DNA of 64,000 nucleotides from Mangrovibacterium sp. (GCA_047972995.1 JBKEBD010000002.1:204330-268329); one strand, 5' to 3'. Positions 37,916 to 47,682 are shown, counted from the stretch's first letter. Translations and numbers: made by a program. Notes: generated by a model not told the origin, from the letters alone.

Positions 37916-39601
37916 ATGAAACTTGTAAATAAGAAACCAGCGGGAATTGGCGTAGTTATCATCATGTGCTTGTCGCTTGTGTTTGTTGGCTTTAATCGCG
38001 ATGATAAAATGTTTGCCATCAACAAAAACCTAGACATATTCTATTCGCTAGTGCGCGAACTAAACGTGTTCTATGTAGATGATTTCAATGTAAACCAAAT
38101 GATGAGAAAAGGGGTAGATGAAATGTTGAAAACCCTAGACCCTTACACCACATTCATTCCCGAAGATGAGTTGGAAGATTTCAACTTCATGACTACAGGT
38201 GAATATGGTGGCGTGGGTGCCATAATTGGGATGCGTAAGGGAGAAGTCATTATTTCAGAACCTTACCAAGGATTTCCTGCCGATAAAGCCGGACTACACG
38301 CTGGCGATGTACTCGTGGAAGTGGCAGGAAAATCAACCAAAGGTATGGACGTGTCCGCTATGAGCGAACTCTTGAAAGGAGCAAGCAACGAAGTGGTGAA
38401 AGTGAAAGTAAAACGCTATGGCGAGAAAAAAACACTCAGCTTCGATATTATGCGCGAGAAAATACAAATCGATGCAGTACCCTATTATGGTATGCTAGAC
38501 AACAACGTAGGATACCTTCGCTTAACAAGCTTTACAGCTGGTTGCGGTAGCGAAATACGTAAGATAGTGAAAGAACTCAAAGAAAAAGACGGTGCAAAGT
38601 CTATCATGCTCGACTTGAGAAACAACCCCGGCGGATTGCTAAATGAAGCCGTAACTACTGTGAGCACCTTTGTGCCTAAGGGAACCAAGGTTGTGTTTAC
38701 CAAAAGCAAAATAGAGCAGTGGGATCAAGAATATTTCACCACCGAAGAACCTGTAGATACCGAGCTACCTGTGGCAGTGTTGGTAAACCGAGGTTCAGCA
38801 TCGGCATCGGAAATTGTGTCGGGAGCTTTGCAAGACTTAGATCGTGCCATAATTGTAGGAACTCGTACCTTTGGTAAAGGACTAGTGCAAACTACCCGCG
38901 ATTTGAGCTACAACTCAAAATTGAAACTCACCACCGCAAAATATTATGTACCTAGCGGCAGATGTATTCAAGCTCTTGACTATTCTAATCGCAATGAAGA
39001 TGGTAGCGTGGGTGTAGTGCCCGACTCTTTAATTTCGGAATTTGCCACAAGCAAAGGTAGAAAAGTGTTCGATGGCGGAGGAATTACCCCCGATGTGAAA
39101 ACAAAAATGCCTTTGGGAAGCAGCTTCACCTACAACCTAGTGCGCGATTATATGTTCTTCGACTATGCCACAAAGTTCTATTACGAACACAAAACCATTC
39201 CTTCAGCAGAAGAATTTGAAATTACCGATGATATTTACGCTGATTTCGGCAAATACATCAGAGAACAAGATTTCAGCTATGAGTCGGAAACAGAAAAAGC
39301 ACTCGATAAGCTTGAAAAGACTGCTAAGGATGAAAAATACTACGACCGTTCAAAAACGCAATTCGAAGCTCTTCGCCAAGCAGTAGCTCATGAGTTGAAC
39401 AAAGATTTAAACGATTTTCAAGACGAAATTAAATTAATTCTTCGCGATGAAATAGTTTCTCGATATTACTACCAAAAAGGAGCTATCGTGTCGTCCATGA
39501 AAAACGACCCAGTGCTCGACCGTGCAGAAGGCATCGTTTGTTCAACCGATAGTTTAACGAAATACTTCAAGCCGGGCACTGTAATTGCGAAAGAAAAATA
39601 A
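37916..39601 (+). CDS. S41-family C-terminal processing peptidase (second paralog)
   Basis: 561 aa with a TM anchor, PDZ (GGVGAIIG...AGDVLVEV), DLRNNPGGLL, SASASEIVSGALQD and FGKGLVQ. Confidence 0.92.
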   Translation: MKLVNKKPAGIGVVIIMCLSLVFVGFNRDDKMFAINKNLDIFYSLVRELNVFYVDDFNVNQMMRKGVDEMLKTLDPYTTFIPEDELEDFNFMTTGEYGGVGAIIGMRKGEVIISEPYQGFPADKAGLHAGDVLVEVAGKSTKGMDVSAMSELLKGASNEVVKVKVKRYGEKKTLSFDIMREKIQIDAVPYYGMLDNNVGYLRLTSFTAGCGSEIRKIVKELKEKDGAKSIMLDLRNNPGGLLNEAVTTVSTFVPKGTKVVFTKSKIEQWDQEYFTTEEPVDTELPVAVLVNRGSASASEIVSGALQDLDRAIIVGTRTFGKGLVQTTRDLSYNSKLKLTTAKYYVPSGRCIQALDYSNRNEDGSVGVVPDSLISEFATSKGRKVFDGGGITPDVKTKMPLGSSFTYNLVRDYMFFDYATKFYYEHKTIPSAEEFEITDDIYADFGKYIREQDFSYESETEKALDKLEKTAKDEKYYDRSKTQFEALRQAVAHELNKDLNDFQDEIKLILRDEIVSRYYYQKGAIVSSMKNDPVLDRAEGIVCSTDSLTKYFKPGTVIAKEK

Positions 39602-39606
39602 AAACA

Positions 39607-39972
39607 GTGTCGCAGCAAAAGAAAATAGGTAAAAAAGGGGAGGAGATGGCCGAAAAGCATCTCCTTTCTTTGGGTTATACCATTTTAGAGCGTAACTGGC
39701 GACATCATCATTTAGAAGTAGATTTAATTGCTCGCAACAAAGATGAACTCGTTATTGTGGAGGTGAAAACACGCACCGGAATGCAATACGGACACCCTAG
39801 CGAGGCTATCGACCGCAAGAAAATCAACCACCTAATAGCTGCTGCCGATGCCTACATTGAAATTAACAACAGCGTATTAGAAACTCGTTTCGATGTAATT
39901 ACAGTAGTCATTAACAAAGAAGCTTACCAACTCGAACATTTTGAAGATGCTTTTTATCCTGGACTAATGTAA
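39607..39972 (+). CDS. yraN: YraN-family endonuclease-like protein (UPF0102)
   Basis: 121 aa with GKKGEEMAEKHLLSLGYTILERNWR...EVDLIA...LVIVEVKTR. GTG start 5 nt after the preceding stop. Confidence 0.88.
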   Translation: MSQQKKIGKKGEEMAEKHLLSLGYTILERNWRHHHLEVDLIARNKDELVIVEVKTRTGMQYGHPSEAIDRKKINHLIAAADAYIEINNSVLETRFDVITVVINKEAYQLEHFEDAFYPGLM

Positions 39973-40039
39973 ACGAAGTGCGAATATAACTATACTCCCT
40001 TCGGAGAGTTGGATGGGCTTTAATAATAACTGAATATAA

Positions 40040-40243
40040 ATGGAATTCGAATTACAAACAGCATACATTGAACTGATTAAATTGCTTAAACTCCTACGAT
40101 TAGTAGAATCAGGAGGCATGGCAAAACAAGTGGTAGAAGAAGGCTATGTACTTCGCAATGGAGAGGTAGAAACCCGCAAACGCGCCAAAATAGTGAAAGG
40201 CGATGTCATTGAATTTAATGGTGACACTGTGCACGTGGTATAA
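40040..40243 (+). CDS. S4-domain RNA-binding protein (YbcJ-like)
   Basis: 67 aa; IELIKLLKLLRLVESGGMAKQVVEEGYVLRNGEVETRKRAKIVKGDVIEF matches the small S4-fold family. Confidence 0.85.
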   Translation: MEFELQTAYIELIKLLKLLRLVESGGMAKQVVEEGYVLRNGEVETRKRAKIVKGDVIEFNGDTVHVV

Positions 40244-40261
40244 CCACTCCCCATTATTCCA

Positions 40262-41485
40262 TTAATACTCCTCGCCGTTATAATATTTCATCGATTTCAA
40301 TATGGCTAGCCCCGCTTTCGAGGTTTCTTTAAGGCTGGCATCAAGCAATCGTCCGGTATGAAGCATAGTCTCCGTTACATCATCAAGACTAATGCGATGC
40401 TTGCCGTTGCCCATCATGGCATAGGTGTTATGACTAATGGCACGAGCTGCAGCAAGCACATTTCGCTCAATACATGGAATTTGCACCAAGCCAAGCACTG
40501 GGTCGCAAGTTAAGCCCAAGTGGTGCTCTAAGCCCATTTCTGCCGAGTTCTCTATCTGATAAATAGTGCCGCCATGTATCTGCGTGGCAGCTCCAGAAGC
40601 CATGGCACAAGCCACACCCACTTCTCCTTGACAGCCCACTTCGGCACCCGAAATAGATGCGTTGGTTTTAATGATATTACCAATTAAGCCCGCCGTGGCT
40701 AAAGCCCGCAGAATATCTTTCTTCGCACATTTATATACTTTCTTATGGTAGTAGAGCACAGCGGGCAAAATGCCACAAGCACCGCAAGTAGGAGCCGTTA
40801 CAACCAATCCGCCGCTAGCGTTTTCCTCCGACACCGCATGAGCATAAGAAAAAAGCTTGGCAGTTTCTTTAATCGGACCAGAATAGGTTTTAGATTTAGA
40901 TTTATATGCCATTGCCTTGCGCTTGATGTTTAGCCCTCCCGGTAATACACCATCGGTGCTACATCCTTTCTTAATAGCATTCACCATCACTTCCCACACT
41001 TGCTCTAAGAAAGTCCAAATTTCTTTCCCTTCGCAATGCTCTACATACTCCCAAATGTCGCGTTCGTTTTTGTCGCACCATTTCAAAATATCATCCATGT
41101 GAGAAAGCGAATACACCGATTCCTTTTGCGATAAATCTTCGCCTTCTTCCACAATTGAGCCCCCACCAATGCTGAAATATATTTTATTAGCCAGTTCAGA
41201 GCCATCTTCATTAAGGGCGATGAGTTGCATGGCATTGGGGTGGTAGTCCAAATATTTATCGGCACGCCAAATAAGGTCGAGTTGCTTTCCTTTAAAGGCT
41301 TCCTCTACGGTAACTCCTGTTAGGTGACCTTTTCCTGTGGCAGCTAAGCTTCCGAAAAGAGTAACAACATATTTAGGTGCATCAGGATAATGATTAAGAA
41401 AAAGATGACACGCATTTCGAGGCCCCATGGTGTGGCTACTTGAAGGGCCATGACCAATCTTGTAGAGTTCGCGGATAGATTCCAT
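40262..41485 (-). CDS. sdaA: L-serine ammonia-lyase (iron-sulfur dependent, single-chain)
   Basis: 407 aa with an N-terminal GPSSSHTMGP motif and Cys ligand contexts (APTCGACG, GCQGEVG). Confidence 0.93.
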   Translation of the reverse strand: MESIRELYKIGHGPSSSHTMGPRNACHLFLNHYPDAPKYVVTLFGSLAATGKGHLTGVTVEEAFKGKQLDLIWRADKYLDYHPNAMQLIALNEDGSELANKIYFSIGGGSIVEEGEDLSQKESVYSLSHMDDILKWCDKNERDIWEYVEHCEGKEIWTFLEQVWEVMVNAIKKGCSTDGVLPGGLNIKRKAMAYKSKSKTYSGPIKETAKLFSYAHAVSEENASGGLVVTAPTCGACGILPAVLYYHKKVYKCAKKDILRALATAGLIGNIIKTNASISGAEVGCQGEVGVACAMASGAATQIHGGTIYQIENSAEMGLEHHLGLTCDPVLGLVQIPCIERNVLAAARAISHNTYAMMGNGKHRISLDDVTETMLHTGRLLDASLKETSKAGLAILKSMKYYNGEEY

Positions 41486-41611
41486 GCTAAAGTTTTGTTA
41501 TTAAGGCGGCAAATGTAAGCATTGATTAAATCGTAAATTATAATAAACTGTCAATAATCCATTAATTCGATATTTTTTTTCGTTCTTTGCACCAGAATAT
41601 ATGCTAAAGAA

Positions 41612-42670
41612 ATGAGAGAGCAAAACAACAGAGGAAGAGCCCCTCAACGGAGATCTGGCAGCGACAGCAGACCAGGGCAACAGCGCAAGCACGATGGCGA
41701 GCGTAGAGAATATAAAAAGTCGGAACGAAGAACTTTTGGTGAGAAAGATGCTGAAGGAAGACCGCAAGATCGTAAACCATTCCGAAGAACAGATGGCAAA
41801 TCCTTTTCAAAGAAAGGGTCTGACGGAGGTCGCGATTATTCATTCCCTCGCCAAGAAGGAGAGCGTACTTTTGTGAAAAAAAAGGCTTACGAGGGTAAGA
41901 ATTTCAAAAAAGATTATAAGAAATTGGTGAAACAAGGAGTTGACACAAGTAAACCTCTTGATACTCGATTGCGATTAAATCGCTACATCTCTAATGCCGG
42001 AGTATGCTCGCGTCGTGATGCCGATAAATTAATCCTCGATGGTGAAATCACAGTTAATGGTAAAGTCATTACTGAAATGGGCTACCGATTGGAACCCCAA
42101 GATAAGGTGTTGCACAATGGCAAACGAATTATTGCCGAACAAAAGGTGTATCTGCTGTTGAACAAACCAAAGGGCTTTGTAACTACGCTTGACGATCCTC
42201 ATGCCGATAAAACAGTGATGGACTTGGTGAAAGATGCTTGCACTGAGCGCATTTACCCCGTAGGTAGGCTCGATAAAGCTACTACAGGCTTGTTACTATT
42301 TACCAACGATGGCAATTTGGCGAAGAAGCTGACGCACCCTAGCTATCAAAAGAAAAAGATTTATCATGTGTTCTTAAAAGAGAAATTCCCTGAAGAACAC
42401 CTAGAAAAGATATACAAAGGTATTGAGTTGGAAGATGGCTTTGTGAAAGCCGATGCTATTAGTTATGTTGACCCTGCCGACAAAACACAAGTGGGCATTG
42501 AAATTCACTCGGGAAGAAATCGCATTGTGCGCCGCATTTTCGAGCATTTCGGATTCAGAGTGCAGAAGCTCGACCGTGTGTTCTTTGCCGGATTAACCAA
42601 AAAGAACTTACCTCGTGGCAAGTATCGCTTCTTAACTCCTCAAGAAATCAACTTCTTGAAAATGAGTTAG
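41612..42670 (+). CDS. rluB: RluB/RsuA-family rRNA pseudouridine synthase with about 125-aa basic disordered N-terminal extension
   Basis: S4 domain (RLNRYISNAGVCSRRDADKLILDGEITVNGK) and catalytic motif GRLDKATTGLLLFTNDG. The first about 125 aa are R/K/E/G-rich low complexity. Confidence 0.9.
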   Translation: MREQNNRGRAPQRRSGSDSRPGQQRKHDGERREYKKSERRTFGEKDAEGRPQDRKPFRRTDGKSFSKKGSDGGRDYSFPRQEGERTFVKKKAYEGKNFKKDYKKLVKQGVDTSKPLDTRLRLNRYISNAGVCSRRDADKLILDGEITVNGKVITEMGYRLEPQDKVLHNGKRIIAEQKVYLLLNKPKGFVTTLDDPHADKTVMDLVKDACTERIYPVGRLDKATTGLLLFTNDGNLAKKLTHPSYQKKKIYHVFLKEKFPEEHLEKIYKGIELEDGFVKADAISYVDPADKTQVGIEIHSGRNRIVRRIFEHFGFRVQKLDRVFFAGLTKKNLPRGKYRFLTPQEINFLKMS

Positions 42671-42690
42671 GCAATTCAATAAAAAATGAG

Positions 42691-42732
42691 AAAGCGCAAG
42701 TTTAATCACTACGATTAACATGCGCTTTTTTC
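42691..42732. terminator. Terminator hairpin between rluB and the convergent MBL gene
   Basis: AAAGCGCA / TGCGCTTT 8-bp stem with a 22-nt loop, followed by TTT on the plus strand. Confidence 0.55.
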
Positions 42733-42733
42733 G

Positions 42734-43867
42734 TTATTCTCGCCACCAAGGGCTATCAAGCTTGTTTTCGCCGTCGAGCCTTACCACATCGCCGATGAGG
42801 GGGAGAAGCAGGTGGGTGGAGTCGCTTTCCGTAAAGGGAAACATATTTTCCATTGGCTCATACCAATTGTGCTGAGCCAAGGCATATTTCGAATTATGCA
42901 CCGTGATAAACTCTTGTGGTTGTAATTCATTCACCACCAATTTAAGTTTTTCAGGCATAAAGTGAATGTTGGCCCATTTACGGTCGTATTGTCCATTTTC
43001 AAGCACTGCAAACCGAATGTTGCCAAATTGCTTTTTAATTTCTTTAATGTGTGAACCATAACCGCCATCGCCACTAAGGAAGATATTGCCCATTGAAGTT
43101 TCAAGCAAGAACGATGCCCATAGGGTTTTGTTGCGTGCCAATCCGCGTCCTGAAAAGTGGCGTGAGGGAAGCGCGTGTAGGGTGAGTTTATCGTGCAGTT
43201 GAATTTGATCTTGCCAATCGAGCTCTACAATTTGCTCGTTGAGCCAATGCCAATGGCGGAAATGCGAGCCCACACCAAGAGGACAAACAACGGTTAGCGT
43301 GTCGTTTTTCAGTTCTTTTACGGTGTCATAATCTAAATGATCCCAATGATCGTGGGTAATTATTAGATAATCTATAGCAGGCATATCTGCAGTAGTATAA
43401 ACCTCAGAGCCACTAAAAGCACCTCCGAAGAAGCTAACGGGAGAAGCAGCTACCAGCACAGGGTCGATAAGAAAACGTTTGCCATCAATTTGCATATAGT
43501 AAGAGCCATGACCAAGCCACACCATGAGATTTTCCGAATGGTCTAATTCTTTTAAATTGCTTTTGTGCGTACTGATAGCGTGCTTAGGTACTCGGTTGTC
43601 CACCTTTTTAAACACGATATCGCGCATATAGGTATAAAAATTTTCACCTTCGGCCATAGCAGGAGTGTGTTGCAGGTTCTGAAACTGTCCTTTTCGGTAG
43701 TTTGGCGATTGTTCCACGCGTGCGAGGTCTTTATCACTAGGGTTTTTCCCAAATTTCGGAGTGTGCATGAAAATAATTCCTCCAATGGTTGCAGTCAGAA
43801 GTATAATAAAAAGTATCCACATGATTTTCTTAAATTTCAACATGGCACAAAAGTAGTGTTTTCTCAT
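42734..43867 (-). CDS. Membrane-anchored MBL-fold metallo-hydrolase (Lactamase_B_2 / NAPE-PLD-like)
   Basis: N-terminal TM (IMWILFIILLTATIGGIIF) and the metal motif ITHDHWDHLD. An alternative start is the ATG at 43846. Confidence 0.8.
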   Translation of the reverse strand: MRKHYFCAMLKFKKIMWILFIILLTATIGGIIFMHTPKFGKNPSDKDLARVEQSPNYRKGQFQNLQHTPAMAEGENFYTYMRDIVFKKVDNRVPKHAISTHKSNLKELDHSENLMVWLGHGSYYMQIDGKRFLIDPVLVAASPVSFFGGAFSGSEVYTTADMPAIDYLIITHDHWDHLDYDTVKELKNDTLTVVCPLGVGSHFRHWHWLNEQIVELDWQDQIQLHDKLTLHALPSRHFSGRGLARNKTLWASFLLETSMGNIFLSGDGGYGSHIKEIKKQFGNIRFAVLENGQYDRKWANIHFMPEKLKLVVNELQPQEFITVHNSKYALAQHNWYEPMENMFPFTESDSTHLLLPLIGDVVRLDGENKLDSPWWRE

Positions 43868-43944
43868 TAATGAGCTTTCAGCGGAGTGAAATTATTAAGT
43901 CTTTGCTACTTAGAAATCCTAAAGTGCATTTTTATTGTTGAAAC

Positions 43945-43990
43945 ATTTGTGCATACAAATAAAGCGTTTATATTTGCACATACAAATAAA
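43945..43990 (+). promoter_or_regulatory. Tandem pseudo-palindromic operator candidates overlapping the marR promoter
   Basis: ATTTGTGCATACAAATAAA (43945-43963) and ATTTGCACATACAAATAAA (43972-43990). Each contains ATTTG...CAAAT half sites. The second overlaps the -7 box TATATTTG (43969-43976), 28 nt upstream of the marR ATG. Confidence 0.55.
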
Positions 43991-44003
43991 TAAGCATAGC
44001 CTC

Positions 44004-44420
44004 ATGAGTGAATTTTTTGATAGTTGTCTTTATTTTCGGTTGAACCGAATACTTCGAACACTTACTCAGCACGCCGATGCTGCATTTGCTCAGCATAAGC
44101 TCTCATCGAGCTATGCTTACCTTCTTATTTTGGTGGGCAACAATCCGAAGATTGGGACAGTAGATTTGTCGAATGAGCTTAATTTAAGTCCATCTACGGT
44201 AACTCGCTTAGTAGATAAAATGGTAGCACAAGGTTACCTAGAACGGGTGAAAGATGGAAAACGCTGTGAGATTTCATGCACGGAAGTAGGAACAGCTATG
44301 GCTGTTGAGTTGCTACAAACGTGGCAGAAATTTCAGCAAGACATGAGTAAGCAAGTGGGCGATGAGGTTTACAATGGACTCAACAGCGAGTTGAAAAAAC
44401 TAGAGGAAAAAGTAAATTAA
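44004..44420 (+). CDS. MarR-family transcriptional regulator
   Basis: 138 aa with a winged HTH (TVDLSNELNLSPSTVTRLVDKMVAQGYLERVKDGKR) and Cys8 in the N-terminal helix. Confidence 0.88.
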   Translation: MSEFFDSCLYFRLNRILRTLTQHADAAFAQHKLSSSYAYLLILVGNNPKIGTVDLSNELNLSPSTVTRLVDKMVAQGYLERVKDGKRCEISCTEVGTAMAVELLQTWQKFQQDMSKQVGDEVYNGLNSELKKLEEKVN

Positions 44421-44553
44421 CAAGTCATATTTTAAATAATGAAGGAAATACCCTAATGGTGTTTCTATAAAACTTACACCCTTTGCGGAAGAGGTTATAG
44501 CGGAAGTAATATTATGGTAACTAATCTAATATAAATAAAAAACGAAGAATAGC

Positions 44554-46989
44554 ATGAAGTATTTGGTCATTGGAGGAGTGGCAGGAGGAGCCACCGTTTC
44601 AGCTCGATTGCGCCGTTTAGATGAGCAAGCAGAGATTATCATTTTCGAAAAAGGCGAGCATATTTCTTATGCCAACTGTGGATTGCCCTATTATATTGGC
44701 GATGTTATTAAAAATAGAGCCAACTTACTATTGCAAACACCAGAGAGTTTCAAAGCTCGATTTAATATTGATGTACGAGTGTTCAATGAAGTAACTTGCA
44801 TTGATGCCGATAAAAAACAAGTAACGGTAAAGAATATCATGAAGGGTGAAATCTACACCGAGAGCTACGATAAGTTGATTCTTTCGCCTGGAGCTTCGCC
44901 CGTTATTCCACCCATTCCGGGCATTCAGAATCCGAAAATTATGACCTTGCGCAATGTGGCCGATACCGATCGAGTGAAAGAGCAAGTGGCAAATGGCAAT
45001 GCCAAGAGTGCCATTGTGGTAGGAGCCGGATTCATTGGCTTAGAAATGGCCGAGAATTTGTATCAGCTTGGTATGAAAGTGTCGGTGGTAGAAGCAGGAG
45101 AGCAAGTAATGAACCCCATCGACTATGATTTGGTCATTGAACTGCACGAGCAATTCAAACGCCAAAATGTGGGCTTGTATTTAGGGCAAGCCGTGAAGGA
45201 ATTTAAGCATTTGTCGTCGGGTGAGGTGCAAGTGGAATTGCAAGATGGCACGGCTTTGGCTGCCGATGTGGTTATTTTCTCTATTGGGGTGAAAGCCGAT
45301 AGTGCGCTAGTGAAAGCCGCAGGAGTGAAAACCGATGAGCGAGGCATGATTTTGGTTGATGAGCAAATGAAAACCTCGGTGGAAGATGTGTATGCTTTGG
45401 GCGATGCAATCCTTTCGAAGAATAAGCTTACGGGAGAAATGCAGCCCTTCTTTTTGGCAGGACCAGCCAATAAGCAAGCACGTATTTTAGCTAATCATTT
45501 GGTGAAAAAGCAAGAAGCAAAATTCAACGGAGCTATTGGCACCGCCATTGCAAAGGTGTTCGACCTTACAGCTGCAGTAACCGGACTATCGGAAAAAGCG
45601 GCTAAGCGTGCAGGTATTGCTTATCGCACGTCGAGCATTCGCATTGGGTCGCACGCAGGATATTACCCGGGAGCAGCTCAAATGTTGTTGAAATTGGTTT
45701 TTACTCCTGAGGGAAAAGTGCTCGGAGCGCAAGCTGTGGGTGCTAAAGGAGTAGATAAGCGTATCGACATGATTGCCACAGCCATAGGCTTGGGAGCAAC
45801 AATTTTCGATTTACAAGAAGTGGAGCAGGCTTATGCACCTCCTTATTCTTCGGCTAAAGACCCCGTGAATCAGGTGGCATTTAATGCGGAAAACATCATT
45901 GACGGTTTGGTGCAGGTGATCGACCTAGAAGAGATGGATAATCGTGCAAGCGATGTGTTTGTGCTTGATGTGCGCACACCTCAAGAATTTCAATTGGGCG
46001 CAGTAAAAGGTGCGGTTAATATCCCTGTTGATGAAATAAGAAATCGCATCGGCGAGATTCCAACCGACAGCACGATTTATTTGTATTGCAAGGCGGGAAT
46101 GCGTGGCTATGTAGCTAGTAGAATGCTAATGCAATTAGGAGTTACCGATGTTTACAACTTGCAAGGTGGCTTCGACTCTTATAAACTCTTCATTAAGAAC
46201 CAAGAAAATCATTTGGCAGAAACAGAATTAAAGAAAGATATGAACAAGTCAGCGGTTATTCACAGTACGCTCGATGCTTGCGGTATGCAGTGCCCAGGAC
46301 CAATATTGAAACTAAAGGAAGCAACAGCTCCCATGCAAGAAGGTGAAGTGCTAGAGGTGAAAGCCACCGATGCCGGTTTCTATAATGATGTGGCATCGTG
46401 GTGCCATATGACTAAGAACGAGTTGCTTTGTGTGGAAAAGAAAGAGGGCGTGATTGTAGCTCAAATTAGAAAGGGCGGAGCACCTGTATTGAGCGATGAG
46501 CCATGTTGCAGTTCAGTCGATAAAGATAAAACCATTGTGGTGTTTAGCGATGATTTAGATAAAGCTTTGGCTTCGTTTGTTATTGCCAATGGCGCAGCAT
46601 CGATGGGCAAGAATGTTACCATGTTCTTCACCTTCTGGGGGCTCAATGTATTGAAGAAAGATAACAAGCCAAAGGTGAAGAAAGACTTCATGGGCAAGAT
46701 GTTTTCCATGATGATGGCCGGTTCAAGCAAGAAGCTAAATATTTCGAAAATGAGCTTTGGTGGATTGGGTAAGTACATGATGAGAAAGCGCATGAAAAGT
46801 TTGCACGTAGAGAGCTTAGAGCGCATGATTGCTCAGGCAAAAGAAACAGGCGTAACCTTTATTGCTTGTCAAATGTCGATGGATGTAATGGGTGTAGTTG
46901 CCGAGGAATTGAAGGATGGAGTGCAAATTGGAGGTGTGGCAAATTACTTAGAGAAAGCAGAAACAGCTAATCATAACCTATTTATATAA
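44554..46989 (+). CDS. Four-domain fusion: CoA-disulfide/persulfide reductase (FAD/NAD) + rhodanese + TusA-like + DsrE/DsrF-like
   Basis: 811 aa with GGVAGGA FAD motif, single redox Cys42 (SYANCGLPYY) and a second dinucleotide fold VVGAGFIGLE. The rhodanese active loop is YC512KAGMRG. The TusA motif is C576GMQC580PGP. The DsrE-like C-terminus starts at about aa 656 (TIVVFSDDLDKALASFVIANGAASMG...FFTFWGL...FIACQMSMD). Confidence 0.85.
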   Translation: MKYLVIGGVAGGATVSARLRRLDEQAEIIIFEKGEHISYANCGLPYYIGDVIKNRANLLLQTPESFKARFNIDVRVFNEVTCIDADKKQVTVKNIMKGEIYTESYDKLILSPGASPVIPPIPGIQNPKIMTLRNVADTDRVKEQVANGNAKSAIVVGAGFIGLEMAENLYQLGMKVSVVEAGEQVMNPIDYDLVIELHEQFKRQNVGLYLGQAVKEFKHLSSGEVQVELQDGTALAADVVIFSIGVKADSALVKAAGVKTDERGMILVDEQMKTSVEDVYALGDAILSKNKLTGEMQPFFLAGPANKQARILANHLVKKQEAKFNGAIGTAIAKVFDLTAAVTGLSEKAAKRAGIAYRTSSIRIGSHAGYYPGAAQMLLKLVFTPEGKVLGAQAVGAKGVDKRIDMIATAIGLGATIFDLQEVEQAYAPPYSSAKDPVNQVAFNAENIIDGLVQVIDLEEMDNRASDVFVLDVRTPQEFQLGAVKGAVNIPVDEIRNRIGEIPTDSTIYLYCKAGMRGYVASRMLMQLGVTDVYNLQGGFDSYKLFIKNQENHLAETELKKDMNKSAVIHSTLDACGMQCPGPILKLKEATAPMQEGEVLEVKATDAGFYNDVASWCHMTKNELLCVEKKEGVIVAQIRKGGAPVLSDEPCCSSVDKDKTIVVFSDDLDKALASFVIANGAASMGKNVTMFFTFWGLNVLKKDNKPKVKKDFMGKMFSMMMAGSSKKLNISKMSFGGLGKYMMRKRMKSLHVESLERMIAQAKETGVTFIACQMSMDVMGVVAEELKDGVQIGGVANYLEKAETANHNLFI

Positions 46990-47112
46990 AAGGATTGTTC
47001 GTTGTAATTCGGAGGTAGAAAGATAAAGTTAATTTCGCCAATGAGTTTGGATAAATAAAGGTTTCTCGCTTGTGTGTTAGTAAAAAGGAAAACCGATAGC
47101 CAATTTCTAAAA

Positions 47113-47145
47113 GTCGTACGCCAAAGCGTGCGGCTTTTGTTTTTA
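47113..47145. terminator. Terminator shared by the convergent genes at 46989 and 47148
   Basis: GTCGTACGC / GCGTGCGGC 9-bp stem (2 G-U pairs) followed by TTTTGTTTTT on the plus strand. Confidence 0.7.
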
Positions 47146-47147
47146 GT

Positions 47148-47498
47148 TTAAAAATAAGAGACATTATTTAGGATATACTGGGGTGATTCATAGTAAAAAC
47201 TGCTGTTATAGTCTTCGATTTTTTCGGTTACAAATGAGTCATAGGCTTCAAATAGCATATCCATCATGATGGCTTCACGTGCTTTGGCAGCTCTAAGGAT
47301 GAGACGTTTGTATATCTTGCCGATGTTCCAATGTGTGGGCACGGCATAACGTGCTTCATCCACATTGTTGAAATCACCTGTTGTGTAGTGCTCTATACAT
47401 AGAATGACAAGTAGCGATGTTATGAGTGTGATAAACAGAAGGTGATTTTGCTGTGTGGAAGTAAAATCAAAGATTTTTGTATTTGGAGTGAATTTCAT
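47148..47498 (-). CDS. Hypothetical single-pass membrane protein
   Basis: 116 aa from the ATG (MKFTPNTKIFDF...) with one TM (LLFITLITSLLVILCI). No motif recognised. Confidence 0.45.
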   Translation of the reverse strand: MKFTPNTKIFDFTSTQQNHLLFITLITSLLVILCIEHYTTGDFNNVDEARYAVPTHWNIGKIYKRLILRAAKAREAIMMDMLFEAYDSFVTEKIEDYNSSFYYESPQYILNNVSYF

Positions 47499-47682
47499 GA
47501 AACAAACGCAAAGTTTTCTGTCACTAGGATTAAAAAAGTTCAACAATGTTGAAGTGCAGATTCGTTCTCATTTGGTGGAATAGTTTCCGCTAATCTTCAA
47601 TAAAACCTGTTCAAATCTTAATTCCGCCGAGAGGTTATCTGAAACTCGGGTTATTAATTTTCAGATTTTCAAAACATCTCAG

